Shown here: one piece after another, positions 1 through 13,305 of the stretch | Position numbering within the stretch: position 1 is the first letter of the stretch | Layout: each line of letters opens with the position of its first letter | Assembly: GCF_009834535.1 (NCBI RefSeq) | Contig: NC_045696.1 | Location: 81,780,001 to 81,844,000, forward strand | Origin: Camelus ferus | Taxonomy: Eukaryota | Direction of reading: 5' to 3' | DNA: 64,000 nucleotides | Notes under the pieces: model-generated | Told to the model about the DNA's origin: nothing | The model's database searches: none | What the model saw: only the letters and a program-made list of their open reading frames with translations | Program-made: the position numbers and the translations under genes

Positions 1-869
1 GTCTCTGTAGGTTGTCAGGTGGGGATAACTGTTAGCATTCTTAATTTCTGAGATCTTACTAGGTGTCACTTGGGGGACATTAAAACAAATTTCCCCAGGT
101 CAGGCTGAGTATAAAAGTGGTAAAGGAGCAGCCTGGAGAGAGGCAGAGAGCAGACAGAAGCCAATGTCTGAGTCTGGACCTAAGCTGGGTCATAATTAAC
201 AAGTCACTTTGTCTCCAAACCTCTCTTTTCCGTTTGTAGGTTGGGGATATTAATACCTGATTTTCTGCCTTACAGACTTAATGACAATTGAATATGAAAA
301 TATTTACAAAGTGCTTTATAAGGTATGTCAACTCATTTACTCCTGTGTCCTGTGTGCCACCACTCGCCAGAAGTCCCTGGTTTGGTGCTGGGACCAAGAC
401 AGACACAGCTCCGCCCTCATGGAAGTCAGAGACTAAAAGGGACACAGACTCTAATGAATAATGACACAATTAATTCCTATATCCCACGGAGGGCTCCAAG
501 GGAGAAGTGCAGAGTGCGACAACAGCTTATGGGGTGTGACAGAGACAAACTCATTCACAGATCAGAGATGACGCTCAGGGTGAGGCCAGGGGTCAGTAGA
601 AGCCACCTAACCAGCAGTTCCAAGAGTCTGGTCTGTGATTTTGTTTCAAATACTGACTCTTAGACCCCACTCCCAGAGATGTGAATTCAGTAGCTCTGTG
701 GAAGAGCCTGAGGAGCTGGGTTTGCGTTTTCGTTTTTTTAAGTTTCCTGGGTGATTCTCATGTGCAGTCAGGTGTGGGAACAACTGAGCTGGGCAAAGAG
801 TGCACAAGAACAGAGCAGGTACATGACACAGCTAATGCAAAGGCCCAATGGAACCTTGCTGCAGATGCA

Positions 870-1017
870 GACCAGCTGCACAGGTGCAGGCATCTTCTGG
901 AAGCTTCTTAGAAATGCAGAATCTCAGGCCCCATCTCGGACTTATCAAGGCAGACACTATATTCTAGCAAGATGCCCAGTGATATTTACATATATTAAAG
1001 TACCCAGGAGCACTGGG
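870..1017. mobile_element. MER5-like hAT-Charlie DNA transposon fragment
   Basis: cttagaaatgcagaatctcaggcccc...ctagcaagatgcccagtgat...agcactg resembles the MER5A consensus as recalled. Confidence 0.65.
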
Positions 1018-1413
1018 TAGGAGAAGGCAAGAACCCTGGCTTATATGTCTTGGTGTTCCTACCACCCAGCACCTATTAGGCACTCTGTAAATGCAGCCTG
1101 AATCAAGTTTTACAGATACAAATTTTCATTTTATGGGAACTGCCCATTTCAGAAGCTAAGACTGACAGGAAATAGGCACAGGCATATTATACTGAGGACT
1201 GTGTACAGGGGCACAGCCTTTTGAAAGGACAATCTTGCAAAAGCAAGAACATAAAAGACACACACCTAATAATTTAGTAATTCCACCTCTAGGAACCTAG
1301 GATAAGAGATGGAAATGTCTACAAAATATATGTCCACTGTGGCCTTGTTTACAAGAGCAAAATAATGAGAAGAGCTTCAATTTCCATTAAAAGATTAAAT
1401 TAATTGTTGAATA

Positions 1414-1884
1414 CCGATCTTCTTCTACTTATTAGGGGGTTACGTCCCAAGAAACTCATCATAAGTTGAAAATATCCTAAGTATAAAATGCATTTAATAC
1501 GCCTAACCTACCGAACATCATAGCTTAGCCTAGTCTACCTTATATATGCTCAGAACACCTACAATTAGCCTACAGCTGGGCAAAGTCATCTAACACAAAG
1601 CCTGTTTTATAATAAAGTGTGGAATAGCTCATGTAATTTAATGACTACAGTAGTCAAAGTGAACAACAGCATGATTGTATGGGTACAGGATGGTGGTAAG
1701 CATCTCAGTTGTTTCCACTCCGATCGCACGGCTGACTGCCACTGCCCTGCATCATGAGACAGCACTGCACCACGTATCACTGGCCTGGGAAAAGTGATTT
1801 CAAAATTTGAAGTAGGATTTCTACTGAACGTATATTGCTCTAACATCATCATAAGTCAAACCACTGAAAGCTGGGGACCGTCTG
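1414..1884. mobile_element. Tigger5/MER47-like TcMar-Tigger non-autonomous element
   Basis: Characteristic body (ggggttacgtccc...cctaacctaccgaacatcatagcttagcctag...ggggaccgtctg) flanked by TA at 1412-1413 and 1885-1886. Confidence 0.85.
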
Positions 1885-2354
1885 TATACATAAAGTGAGC
1901 AAATCTTGCAGCTCTTGAAAATGATGTATATCTACACTTACTGCCCTATTAACTATGTTAAAGTGAAAAAAGGTAATAAAAGTGTCTCGATTTTGTAAAT
2001 CGTGATGGGTGTGAATGGGTCAAAAAGAAATACATATATATTTCTAGAAAATGATCTAGAAAGTCACACACCAAAATAGAGTTCTTATCTCTAGTGGAAA
2101 ATTAGTGATTTTGACTTTCATTTTTAGATCTCTCCAAATGATCTGAAATTATTTAAATAGGTATATATTGTTTTGTTTACAGGAGATGGAGAATATTATC
2201 ATGTTTGTAAAAGAAGACAAAACCCTCCACTTCAGAAAGTGGAACCAGCTCTATTGACTTGTTGAGTCACTGCAGGAGATAATAAGAAAGAAAAGGAGGA
2301 GGAGAAGGAGGAGGAGGATGGGGTCCTGACGACCTGAGGTTGCTAGTTGCTCCA

Positions 2355-2540
2355 TCTAGGGTCTCAGCCCTGGTTGTGCACTAGAATCACCTAGGAGCCT
2401 CCCAGTATCACTGATGCCAGGTTCCCACCTCAGCCCAATTAAATATAAATCTCCTGGGCATGGGACTGGCCATTGTTAGTTTTAGAAGCCCCCCCCCCCA
2501 AATTGCTCTAAATGATTCTAAAGGACTGAGAACCCCAGAG
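2355..2540. mobile_element. MER5B-like fragment
   Basis: ggttgtgcactagaatcacctaggag...tgatgccaggttcccacc...gactgagaacc. Confidence 0.6.
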
Positions 2541-4000
2541 GTCTAACTTGAAAGACCAAGGAGATCAGTGTATGTGATATTATTCATGGTACTGAGGGTC
2601 TCACCAACAATACTAGCTCAAGTTCAGCCTTTAGAGAAAAAAATGATTGGACAAGTGAAAGGCTGGTCCAAATCACCTTAAAGAGCCAGCTGCCCATCAG
2701 TGTGAGGGGGCTCCCTTCTGATTGCTTTATTGGTGGGCGCACCAGGGAACAGCACAGTTTGACGGTGGAATTGCTCCAGAAGGTGGCTTGGAGGTCTGAT
2801 TGGGAGTAGAAAGAGCTTCTGTTTAAAGGTAAAATGCTAGATTTCACCTTGAGGAATTATAAAATGCCTTCTTACCCTTTCTCTTTCTGTTTTCCTACCA
2901 TCATGTGAATTTGTTCCTTCTAAATGAGTCAGTGGAAATGAGAACACTAAATTACGTCAATGCTCTGGATTTTTAAGTACCATTACGGTGGCTGTTGTTG
3001 CATAACTCAAGCATCACTTGAGATCCATCGAGTCTAGGCTATGTCACAGAGGAACTGGAAGCAGCAAGGAGACTCAGACACAGATGCCCTTTCTCCCCAT
3101 TTTTTCAATGTCCTACAAGAGTCCTCCTCAGTTGCTTCTCAAGCTGCTTTCCAATGAACTCCTGCTTTTCAGGTCACTGGAAATACTGGTGTGCTCCTCT
3201 CCACCAGGAAACATTAGATTCTGCCTCCTGTCTGGCTGGATGAGTCTTGTTTCCAGATGAGACAGCAATACCATTTTGTGATCCGATAGGCAGGCTGCTA
3301 GCTGACGAAGTCACAGCATTTCTTCTCCACTGATGCCAGAAAAGATTATATGGGTGCTTGAAGCCTGGGTGCACCAGTACCTGAATTTGGTTTTTCTTTG
3401 GTGAACAGAGTTCTATTTTCCGCATTCATGTCCAGTAGTTGAAGCGAGGTTTCCTACTTCAGATAAATCCTAAGTCACTAAAGGAAGGTAGAGGAAGGCA
3501 AATCAATGAAATGCTGGTAGTTGCTGAGAGGTTACTGGGTACAGGACACTGCTCAGCTCACCATGGGTTAACACAGGGTTGGTTTATTCAAAACTATGCT
3601 TGAGAGAAGTGACAGATACCCAAATCATACATTATTGTATATTTTTCCTTTAATAACAATATTAGCTAATGTGATTCTAATTGAAAGAAGTTTTTTGTTG
3701 TGTTTTGGGGGGTTTTTTTGGTGGAGGTGATTTCAAATTAAATAGCAAGGCTTAGGATAGATATAACTTCAGTACTTTTAACCAAAGGCTGTTTTGATTT
3801 GGGAGCATGTATTCTGTTACCAGTGATAAAAGAATTGGGGTTGGTTGGAGGGAAGAATAACCAAAAAGAAAGAGAATACAAAACAGTAGTTTGAGATAAG
3901 CCCTTAAGAAAGTTAAGAATAGGTACACGTTAAGAATAGGTACACCATTTACTACCGAGTTAAGCGGTTCCAATTTAGCCAATTAAAATCTACAAGGACT

Positions 4001-4178
4001 GGGAAGAGTCCATGCTTAGCATGTACGAGGTCCTCGGTTCAATCCCCAGTACTTCCATGAAAACAAATAAAAACCTAATTACCTTCCCTTCCCAAAATAT
4101 TAAAATTAAAAAAAAAAGACACAACATTGTAAACTGACTGTATTTCAATTAAAAAACATTAAAAAAAAAAAAAAAAAA
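4001..4178 (+). mobile_element. 5'-truncated tRNA-derived (Vic-1-like) SINE followed by an L1 3'-terminal fragment and poly(A)
   Basis: catgcttagcatgtacgaggtcctcGGTTCAATCCccagtac...aaacctaattaccttccc matches the full copy at 39.9 kb. It is followed by acacaacattgtaaactgactgtatttcaattaaaaa and an A-run. Confidence 0.8.
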
Positions 4179-4544
4179 CCACTCTACAGGGCCATGCCAC
4201 ATCCCCCACATGTAGCATGATGTTCTGTCACAAAGTGCTGTTCTATTGTTACTGTGTTAATAATAGAGGAAGGGAAAAAGAGATTCTGGGCAAAGGAAGA
4301 AAGATATGCTTCCCAATCCTGCTTGGAAAGAGATGAGGAGCCCGGACAGTGAATGGGGCAGGGGAGTGCATCTCTGGGGACCAGAGTATGTGGCTTTAGA
4401 GGCTGGCTTCCTGGCTTTTCCACTGTCTAGCTTCAGAGTCTTGGATAAATTCCCCCACTCCTCTGGCACTCACTGTCCTCTTCTGTAACGGATACCACCG
4501 TATTCCTGATGTTATTTTGAAAGTTATTAAGTACAGACTCTATA

Positions 4545-4746
4545 GCTGGGGTGTCCAGTTTAATAGCCACTAACCATATGTGGCTATCTAAATTTAAATC
4601 ATTAAAATTAAATAAAATTTTAAATTCAGTTCTTCTGTCCCACTAGCCACATGTCAAGCACTCAGTAGCCACATGTGGTTATGGCTACTACACCGGACAT
4701 CACAAAAAACAATTTCATCAGCACAGGGTGCTGCTGGACAGTGCTG
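4545..4746. mobile_element. MER3/MER33-like hAT-Charlie element
   Basis: tagccact...tgtggcta...aaattcagttc...actagccacatgtcaagcactcagtagccacatgtgg...ggacagtgctg. Confidence 0.75.
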
Positions 4747-4759
4747 GTCTAGATGGTTC

Positions 4760-4985
4760 ACTGCTCTGGGCTCCACTACCTGGATTCAAACCCCAGCTCT
4801 GCCACTTAGTGTATCACTTTGAACAAATGCCTGAACTGCTCTTTACCTCAGTTTCCTCATCTTTCATTAGGAGATGGTTAAAAATAATATCTCCCTCACA
4901 GGGCTGTTGTAGGAATAATATATATAGAATCAGTTAAAACTGTGCTTGGCACATAGTAAGCATCATATAAGTAATGCTATTATGT
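4760..4985 (+). mobile_element. MIR SINE
   Basis: cctggattcaaaccccagctctgccactta...cctcagtttcctcatct core, ending gtgcttggcacatagtaagc. Confidence 0.8.
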
Positions 4986-7900
4986 AAGTGGAGGTTATCC
5001 AAGCATCTGACACATAAAAGAAGATGGGCAAATATTTCGACCTCAGGTGTGTGAATCGAGAAGGCGGAGAGGGCAGACCCTCTGCCATTTTAGATATAGA
5101 ACCATGTAAACTCTCCGTGTGTAGCCTCACAGTAAGAGACTCTTTTTTGTCTATTTTACCCTTTATCCACTTGCAACAGAATGATACCCAGAGTTCAAAA
5201 TAATAAGGAGGCTGTTTTAATCCTTTTATGTGCCCCAAGGGGGGTTCATATCTTTTTACATGGAGATTCCTCATTAACTGAATGGAATGGGGGTCCATGT
5301 CAGACCCAATCCACAGGCAGGAAATTCCACGCTCAGTGTTTGCCTATGACAGGTAGAACCAATTAAGTGTTCTTAATTGTTAAGTGTACCAGACTCTGAA
5401 CACTGAGGCTCATTTTTTTGGACACTCTTCAGTTGTCAAAATATGAAACAGAATTTGACCCACCGCATTTCCCACCCCATCTTCCTCAGTCCTAGAGAGA
5501 TTATACTTCCTACGTATCTCACTGATGCAGAACATAGTAAAATGGGTCTTCTGTGGCTGGTTCTAAACACCTGACATCATGGCCTTTGCTTCTAAGGGAG
5601 GCATAAAAGAGTAGGTCAGATCTAAGCTGCAGTCTCTGGGGAAAGGGAAAGGGTCAAAGGCACCGGGGCAGCAGGTCCACCAGCCTAGCTTGGCAAAGGG
5701 AACTTACATTTTCAACCAAGCTTCAGATCTCAGAGAGGGCAACAATTTCAGACAGGTCAGCCCCAAGAATAGGTCAAGGTGCACAGATGACCAACAGTCC
5801 AGATGGACCTGAAAGTTTCTAAACCATCTGACCCTCTGCCTCAGGAATATTTTTATTCTTCTTTATATCTGTAAAGCAGATTCTCCCATTTCCTTCTCGT
5901 TTTGAACAAAAGGGCATCTTTTCCCCTCCTAGGCCACTCTTTTAGCATCATGGCATAATGGCTTCTTGATGTTGTCTCACACTGACCAATACATGGTCAC
6001 TTGTAAATATCATTCTTTGATTCCATTAATAGTAGACACCATGTTATGAACGAAAGATGTATCAGCAGGGAGGATCCCCTAGAGGATGCATTCTTCCTTT
6101 CAAAATCTGACACTGAAGAAGAAAAAAAAGTCACAAGGGTTTATTCCTAAACAAATGATAGGAGGTCACCGTCAAGCTTGCACATGACATACACACAGGC
6201 ATGGCTCTCACTTCCGTAAGATTAAATAAGAGGTTTGAGAAGGAGGATGTGAACAACTATGTTGAATGCTTCTGACAGGTCAAGGGAGGGAGATGAGGGC
6301 TAAAATGTGTCCACTGAATTTAGCAACACAGAAGCCACTGATGGTGACAAGGAAGATGTAGAAGGCAGAATGGAGAAGGCTGATAACTGGCAAGATACGA
6401 AGCATGGAGACAGCCTGAAGGACAATAGCTAAAGTGTGGCAAAACCTAAGACGTTGATCTCCCTGTTTGGGTGACAGCTGTGTTTACTCGGGGCACCCGT
6501 AACCCAGATATAGGTGACGCTTTCCTTCATTCCTTTATGCAGGTTTTTACAAGTAATTTGCAACAGTTTTCATTTGTAAGAAGAAATAAAACTGTAAAGA
6601 GGTTGAAACTGAAAATAAGAAAAGAAACTGTTTTTTTAAACAATTACAATTATACTGGAAAAACAAACAGATTAATTATAAGCATAAATATTGTTAGTGA
6701 GTCACACTACAGTGAAGTGTGAATTTGGGCCCCGCAGGAAACACACTCGGTCCACAGCGGGCAATCAGTGTGCTAAAGGGGGCACGGCGTTTGGTGGCAG
6801 AGGGATGTTTTTACGTGTTTGTTTTGTAAGATGAACCTGTTGAGAATAATTCAAATTCTTAGAACAGTCCAAGAAATAATCAGGACTAGCTGTCTTTGGG
6901 AGATGGGGGATAGTCAACATGGAAGGAAAGAAAACCAATCTACAAGGTCATAGGACTGAGGTATTTGCTTTGGGGCAGATACTTACTATCTTCCCAAACT
7001 GGCCTGAGCTTTGTGTAGCAACTGGGAAAATCCCACCTCCAGGCTCCTGGTGATTGCAGTCTGCTGTGTAAGACTGATACAGTAACCAAGTCAGAGCTTT
7101 CCCTGGAAATTCCCTGGAAATTCTCTCTCCAAAGTGAAAAGAGTGATAATGATAATGTTGGCTAATCTAATTCCATGGGGGAAACAGATCCTAAAACAGT
7201 TCCCAGTAATGGAGATGCACAGAAGTGTGATTCCAAAAGCCAAGCGTTTCTCTTCATGGCCAGGAACAGGAGCATGCTCATTATTCTGGGATCGTCTGTG
7301 TTTTGTTTTAATTTTTAATTAAATATTTTCCCCGATTTAAAAAAAAAATGTGCTGACCACAGGAAAGATGAAACTAGAAATCATTCCTAAGCCCACCACC
7401 CACAGGTCCCTCCTCTTCACATTTCAGCACTTTGCCTTCAGAAGAGAATGAAATTGGATCATATATTATGCACTAATAATATCCTTTATTGTTATAGCTT
7501 TTAATTTAATATATTCTGAGTAATTTGTGTCATTAAATATTACTTTAGGACAGCATTTTATTGGTTGCTTAAAATTTTATTCTTTGAATGTCTCATAACC
7601 CATTTAACTCTATCCCTATTTTTGGACATTTAGGTTGTCTCCAATTTTTACCACCGTAAATAATATTGCAGTGACTGTTGGGAAAAAAAAATTTTTTTGC
7701 ACCTGATTATTTTCACATGATAGACTGACTTTCCAAAACATTCGTCAGTTCACACACCTAAAACCAGTGCAAGGAAGTATAATTTCTTTGACCCATTTCT
7801 TTGATCCATATTATTGAATATTTATATTTGCATTAACAGTTGCTCCTTAAAGTGCTCTGCAAGGAATACATTCAAGAACTTGCAGTCTCAAAAATTTTTA

Positions 7901-8837
7901 ATTTAACAGCTTGGAAGCAAGTACTTTTCAGTCAAATAGCTTATAGGTTGGAAATTCACTGAAATGTCCCCAAATGAAATCTGGCAGTCCTCTGTCAGTT
8001 AAAGACTGTTGGCATTGAAATATGCTCTTCCAGTTTTCAGATTTCCTAATGAAAAGACATGCTGAGAGTCAAGAAAGGAACCTGCCTCCAAAGAGGAGTT
8101 CTCTGGGCTGTGGATCTAGAGCGCACCCTGGGGGCCTGTGGACCCACAGACCCTAAGGGGTGTCATCCTCAAAGTAGACTCAGAAACTAGAAATGAACAG
8201 TGCACCCACAGGGCAAAGCAAATGTCTACTTTCAAAAACATGTTAAATTCCAGGCTGTCAAAGGTCTCAACTATTCTTCCCAGATTAAAAAAAAAAAAAA
8301 GCAATAAAGCAAACTAAAAGATATACTTTCTCTTCTATGGAACATACTTTATGAGATTTTTATACTCTGATTGGGTGAAAGACTGTTTGAGGTCTCCAAG
8401 GAGCTACATGGACTGCCTACATTAAAAACTACAACTAACCTTAGCTAGATTTTAATGTCAAATATTTTAATATTATAATATTGTGGATTTTTAATCAGTC
8501 TTCCCTTGATTTATTTAAAATTGGAGGATCGAAAACATAGAAATAGCACTTATTTATAATTAGGTATTATAGATACTTTGGTTTCCCAGAGGGCTTTGTG
8601 AAGGCAGTCGATGAAAATACAGTTTTCTCATTTGTAAAATCTGAGATTGAATTAGATGATTTCAGAGGCTTTGTGTTCTTTGTATGCACAAAAGGCAATC
8701 AACAAAGGAGGTCATCCTGCATCGTAAGAGATGTCTCAGGAGAGCAGAGATTATTACCAATTGCTATGGTAAATGACATCTTTTATACAGAAAGACTTTA
8801 AGCCCAATACTCTTTTTAGCACTGTGCAAAAATCTTC

Positions 8838-9410
8838 ATTCGACCAACATTTGTTGATTACCTACTGTTTGTCAGTACCTGCTGCGGTCACAGACAGGCA
8901 AATCCCTACCTTCAAGGAGTTTACAGTATAGAGAGAGGATACACACAATGAAAATGTAAATAAATATGTGCCAAATAGAGATGAATAAAATAAGTAGATG
9001 GATGGATAGTTACCTAGGTAGATGGTAGATGACAGATAAATAGAGAAAGATGATAGAACTTGAGAGAAAGACCAGGGCTGCTTTGAGCCCAAGTGGCCCA
9101 GAAGGTCTCCCTCTGCAGAAGTGACATTTCTGTTGAGACTAGAATCAGGAGAAAAAGAGAGTCGCATGAACCCCTGAGACAAGAGATTCCAGGCAGGTGG
9201 AAACAAGTGCAAAGACCCAGAAACAACATAGAGTTCAGTGTGTTTCAAGAACAGAGAGGAGGTCAGCGTGGCTGAACCAAAAGGGAGGGTTCAGGCAATG
9301 AACTCTGAGATGAAGTAGCCACAAGGCTGCTTAGGGCTCCACAGGCCATTGTAACGAGCTTGGATTTCATTTTCCTTGCAGGACAAAACCATTTGGAGAG
9401 TTTAAGGAGA
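8838..9410 (-). mobile_element. L2 LINE 3' region
   Basis: cattcgaccaacatttgttgattacctactg...ccctaccttcaaggagtttacagt...attccaggcagg...tgtttcaagaacagagaggaggtcagcgtggctg; boundaries approximate. Confidence 0.7.
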
Positions 9411-11229
9411 TCCTAGCCTTCAGGTGTATAACAATCTGTGGCAAGACAATTTAATATATGCCGAGTTGGGGGTCCCATAGGAAACCAGAGAAGAGGAGGC
9501 CCAAGTGGTTAACACTGTACATTTAATGACAGATGGGATATGAGCTGAGTGCCAGAAGAACATGAAAATGTGGGTAGCTTTGGGAGGAAAGGTGGGGGAA
9601 ACAGCAAAAACTAATGGCTAAGAAGTAAAATCATTGTCATCAGTGGGGAGAACAGGTATTCACACTAGGCGGTTACTTCATCATCTAGCATGTCTTGCCG
9701 GCCCGCCTGGGAGCTCCAAGAGCGAGGAAGAGCGTCTTCTTCCTCTCTCTGTCTCTGCAGCTTGGACACATGGGGCCAGACATTTAGGCAGTGCTCTGAA
9801 CCCATTAAAGCAGATGGTGTGTACTGAGAACAGCACAAACCAAGGGTGGGGTTGGGCTGGGTACGCGGTGTCATGCTGAGAACTGAAAGTTCACGAAGCA
9901 TGGATAATAACCTACATCGATAAAATTAAGATTCTATCCACTTGTCTGTTTATTGCTGTACCACATAGAAATGGCCATTTTCAAAATTTGACGGGTCTGC
10001 TTGAAATGATCTGATTTAAAGTGCAGACTCTTTAGAATAGTAGACTTTTCCTTTGGGGCCACTAGAAGGAATCGCAGAGACAGGCGGCCAGCCTCTAGAA
10101 TAACTGAATCAAAGCACAGAGAGGCCTGGGTATGGATTAAGACACAGTAAACAGGGAACAAAAAAGCAGTTTCAAATATGAGCTCCAAGCCCAAAGACAA
10201 AAGTCAGTTATCCAAACTGCAGTCACAGATTTGTAAGGGAGCTTCTCTCACGGGCAACTCAGTTTAGCACATCCAAGGAGAGTAGCTGCAGGGATACATT
10301 TACTTAAGGATTTTCCTGAGCATCGCTGAGGAAGCCAGCTGGTTACTGAAAAGCTAGAAGACTCCAATGAGATTCCTTCTTCTCCCAAGTGGGATGCAGA
10401 AATTCTTACTAACGACAAGTCACTAGGAAGAGTTTTGAGGAACATTAAACACCCTTGTCTCTTCCCTCAACTCCTTTAAAGGAACATTACCACATAGACA
10501 ATTGGGCAAATGCCTCATTTTCCCTTAGGGATCATCCAAGCCTGGCATGACAGTGATGTCATACAAAGAAAATGCAGGCAGCTCTGTTAACCCTCTTAAA
10601 TATGGAGCAGTAGGAAGAGCACTGGCATGAGGTCAGGGGGAGGACAGAGGGGAAGGGGACGTCAGGCTGTAACATCCTCCCTGAACACGGTATTGGAGGA
10701 GAAAGTGGTACCTCGGTGCTGAATAACCAGATCCCTAAACAAGCTTCCCTCACTTCTCCCATTAAGTAGAGGCCAAACATTCTCTTGACAGTGTTTTCCC
10801 AACAGTTTCTGTCAAATACACATACAGATAATACTCTCAACCCCTGGAATGTTGCTGACACACAGGGAAGTAGATGGAAAACATTTTTAAACAGAAATAC
10901 TGTCCTAGATTAGGTAAAGATCAACTATGCTCATAAGGCTGAAAAAAAATTTTTTAAGTTTGTTATTTCAAGCAAATAAAGTTAAAATGACTTCTTACTG
11001 TTTTGTTCTGCTCAGAGTTAGAAGTAGATTAATTTTGGATCCGTGCTATTCATTAAAGGAAATCTTTATACCTTTATAGAATTGATTGTGGAAGAAGTTA
11101 CACAAATGAATACAACAAAGTCTTTTTAAGTTTATTCCTCAGATATACAGTCTTCTACCCATTCCGGGGCAGGGGGACCTCAAAAACAAAATACAATTGC
11201 TTTGACTCAAACATAGCAGGAGCTCAGTG

Positions 11230-12602
11230 AGATCAGTTATATTATCATCACAAATATTCAAATCCCTCCTTATAAAAAAAGTATACAATCTCACTCTTTG
11301 CCATGTGAATCACTTTCCTTCTATGGGAGGAATATACCACACAGCTCATTAACTTCAGTCTTGCTCATTTGACTTACTTTAGCCAATGGAAAGTTCGTGG
11401 AAATGTCAGTTCCAAGCAGGAACAGAAGAGGCATTTCCCATTTCCACCAGTCCCTTGTTCTTGGCCTGTGCCATGAGAGAATGGCATGGGTCAGGTCAGG
11501 ATTGCTCCTTTAGCCTGAATTCCAGATTCACAGTCCAGATTAAGGAAAAGACCTGAAGCCAATCCATAGCCTGGAGTAAAGTCACAGCAAGAAACAGATG
11601 CCATTACAGATGACCAACAGGCATACAAAAAGATGCTCAGTATCACTATTAGAGAAATCAAATCAAAATGACAATGAGGTATCACCTTACCCTGGTCAGA
11701 ATGGCCATCATCAAAAAGTCTACAAGTAACAAATGCTGGAGAGGGTGTGAAGAAAGGAGAACCCTCCTATACTATTATTGGGAATCTAAATTGGTACAGC
11801 CACTAAGGAAAACAGTATGGAGGTTCCTTTAAAAAATTAAAATAGTGTTACCATATGATCCAGCAATCCCACTTCTGGGCATATATCTGGAAAAGACAAA
11901 AACTCTAATTCAAAAACATACACACACCCAATGTTCATAGCAGCACTATTTCCAATAGCCAAGACACGGAAGCAACCTAAATGTCCATTGACAGATGACT
12001 GGACAAAGAAGTTGTGCTTGTGTGTGTGTGTGTGTGTGTGTATGCATATATATATATAATGGAATACTATTCAGCCATAAAAAGAATGAAATAATGCCAG
12101 TTTCAGCAACATGGATGGACCTAGAGATTATCATACTAAGCGAAGGAAGTCAGACAGAGAAAGACAAATACCATATGATATCACTTATGTGTGGAATCTT
12201 AAAATAGTACAAATTAACTTACTTACAAAACAGAAATAGACTCACAGACATAGAAAACAAACTTATGGTTACCAGGGAGGAAAGGGAGGGGAGAGATAAA
12301 TTAGGAATTTGGAAGTAACAGATACATACTACTATACACAAAATAGATAAACAATGGGGATCCACTGTATAGCATATGGAACTATATTCAAGGTATTGTA
12401 ATAACCTATAATGGAAAAAATCTGAAAAATATATATACAATTGAAACACTTTGCTGTACACCAGGAACTACACCATTATAAATCGACTATACTTCAATTA
12501 AAAAATTAAAAACTTTTTTAAAATTATCAAAAAAAAAGAGATGTCATTGTGGTAGCATATTGAAGTTTAGGATTGTTACTGCAGCAAAAGCTAATTAATA
12601 CA
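11230..12602 (+). mobile_element. MLT1-family (MaLR) LTR, split by the L1 insertion at 11606-12534
   Basis: 5' part tgacttactttagccaatggaa...; 3' end ttgttactgcagcaaaagctaattaataca resumes after the L1. Left boundary approximate. Confidence 0.65.
11606..12534 (+). mobile_element. 5'-truncated L1 (end of ORF2, 3'UTR, A-tail) with an internal (TG)n(TA)n tract
   Basis: Decayed ORF2 C-terminus (HKKNEIMPVSATWMDLEIIILSE in the ORF track). TSD aaacagatgccatt (11592-11605) / aaagagatgtcatt (12535-12548). Confidence 0.93.
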
Positions 12603-12969
12603 CTCAATAACATTTTAGAAACAGAAAAAGACAGCAAGCTTCAAAAAGGAAGCTGAAATGATACAACTCCTTTTGCATAGCTATTCAGTTGTCATAGATT
12701 CAAACACTCCTTTAAAAACAGACCAAGCAAAACAAAGCCAGCTGTGTCTGAGATCCCACAATGTAAATGGGCCAGCGCGTTGGTAAGTTATGTGGCAGGT
12801 GATCAAGAAATAACTTGAAGTGGGTTTGATCAATCAAACACTTAGCATAGACATAATTGGGAAGAATGGCAATCTGAAAATCAGAAAGTCTGGTTTTAAA
12901 GCCAATTGTATATCTGGGTGAACTGGTCAGGCACCAGCATTGTATGATTTAGGAGGTACATGGATACAG

Positions 12970-12990
12970 ACACACACACACACACACACA
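12970..12990. repeat. (CA)n microsatellite
   Basis: About 10 CA units read directly. Confidence 0.9.
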
Positions 12991-13084
12991 GCCAAGACCG
13001 ATCAAAAACATCTCCCGCACCACTCTGTTATCCAAAAACATAAACCATGATAAACTGCAGCCTGCCCGAGAAGTACAAATCAGA

Positions 13085-13305
13085 ATGTGATTGATCTAGA
13101 AGCTGTACCATGTGAGACACTGCTGATCACTGAAGAAACTGAAGATGTTTAGTCTGGGGAAGATAAGACTCCAAGAGATATGTTAGTTGCCTTCAAAACT
13201 TGAAAACTTTCCTGTAAACAGATTCGCTCTAATCTGTACAGCTACAGAGGGCAAAACTGGGGACAACAGGATACATTTACCAGGATGCACATCTCAATTC
13301 AATTT
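13085..13305 (+). mobile_element. L3/CR1 LINE fragment
   Basis: tgaagaaactgaagatgtttagtctggggaagataagact...ttgccttcaaa resembles the CR1 ORF2 3' end. Confidence 0.55.

Noticed and set aside
10703..10723. REST/RE1 site (minus strand TTCAGCACCGAGGTACC)
   Set aside because: Left half matches but the GGACAG right half is missing.
11606..12207. Active L1 ORF2
   Set aside because: 5'-truncated, with frameshifts, stops and a microsatellite.
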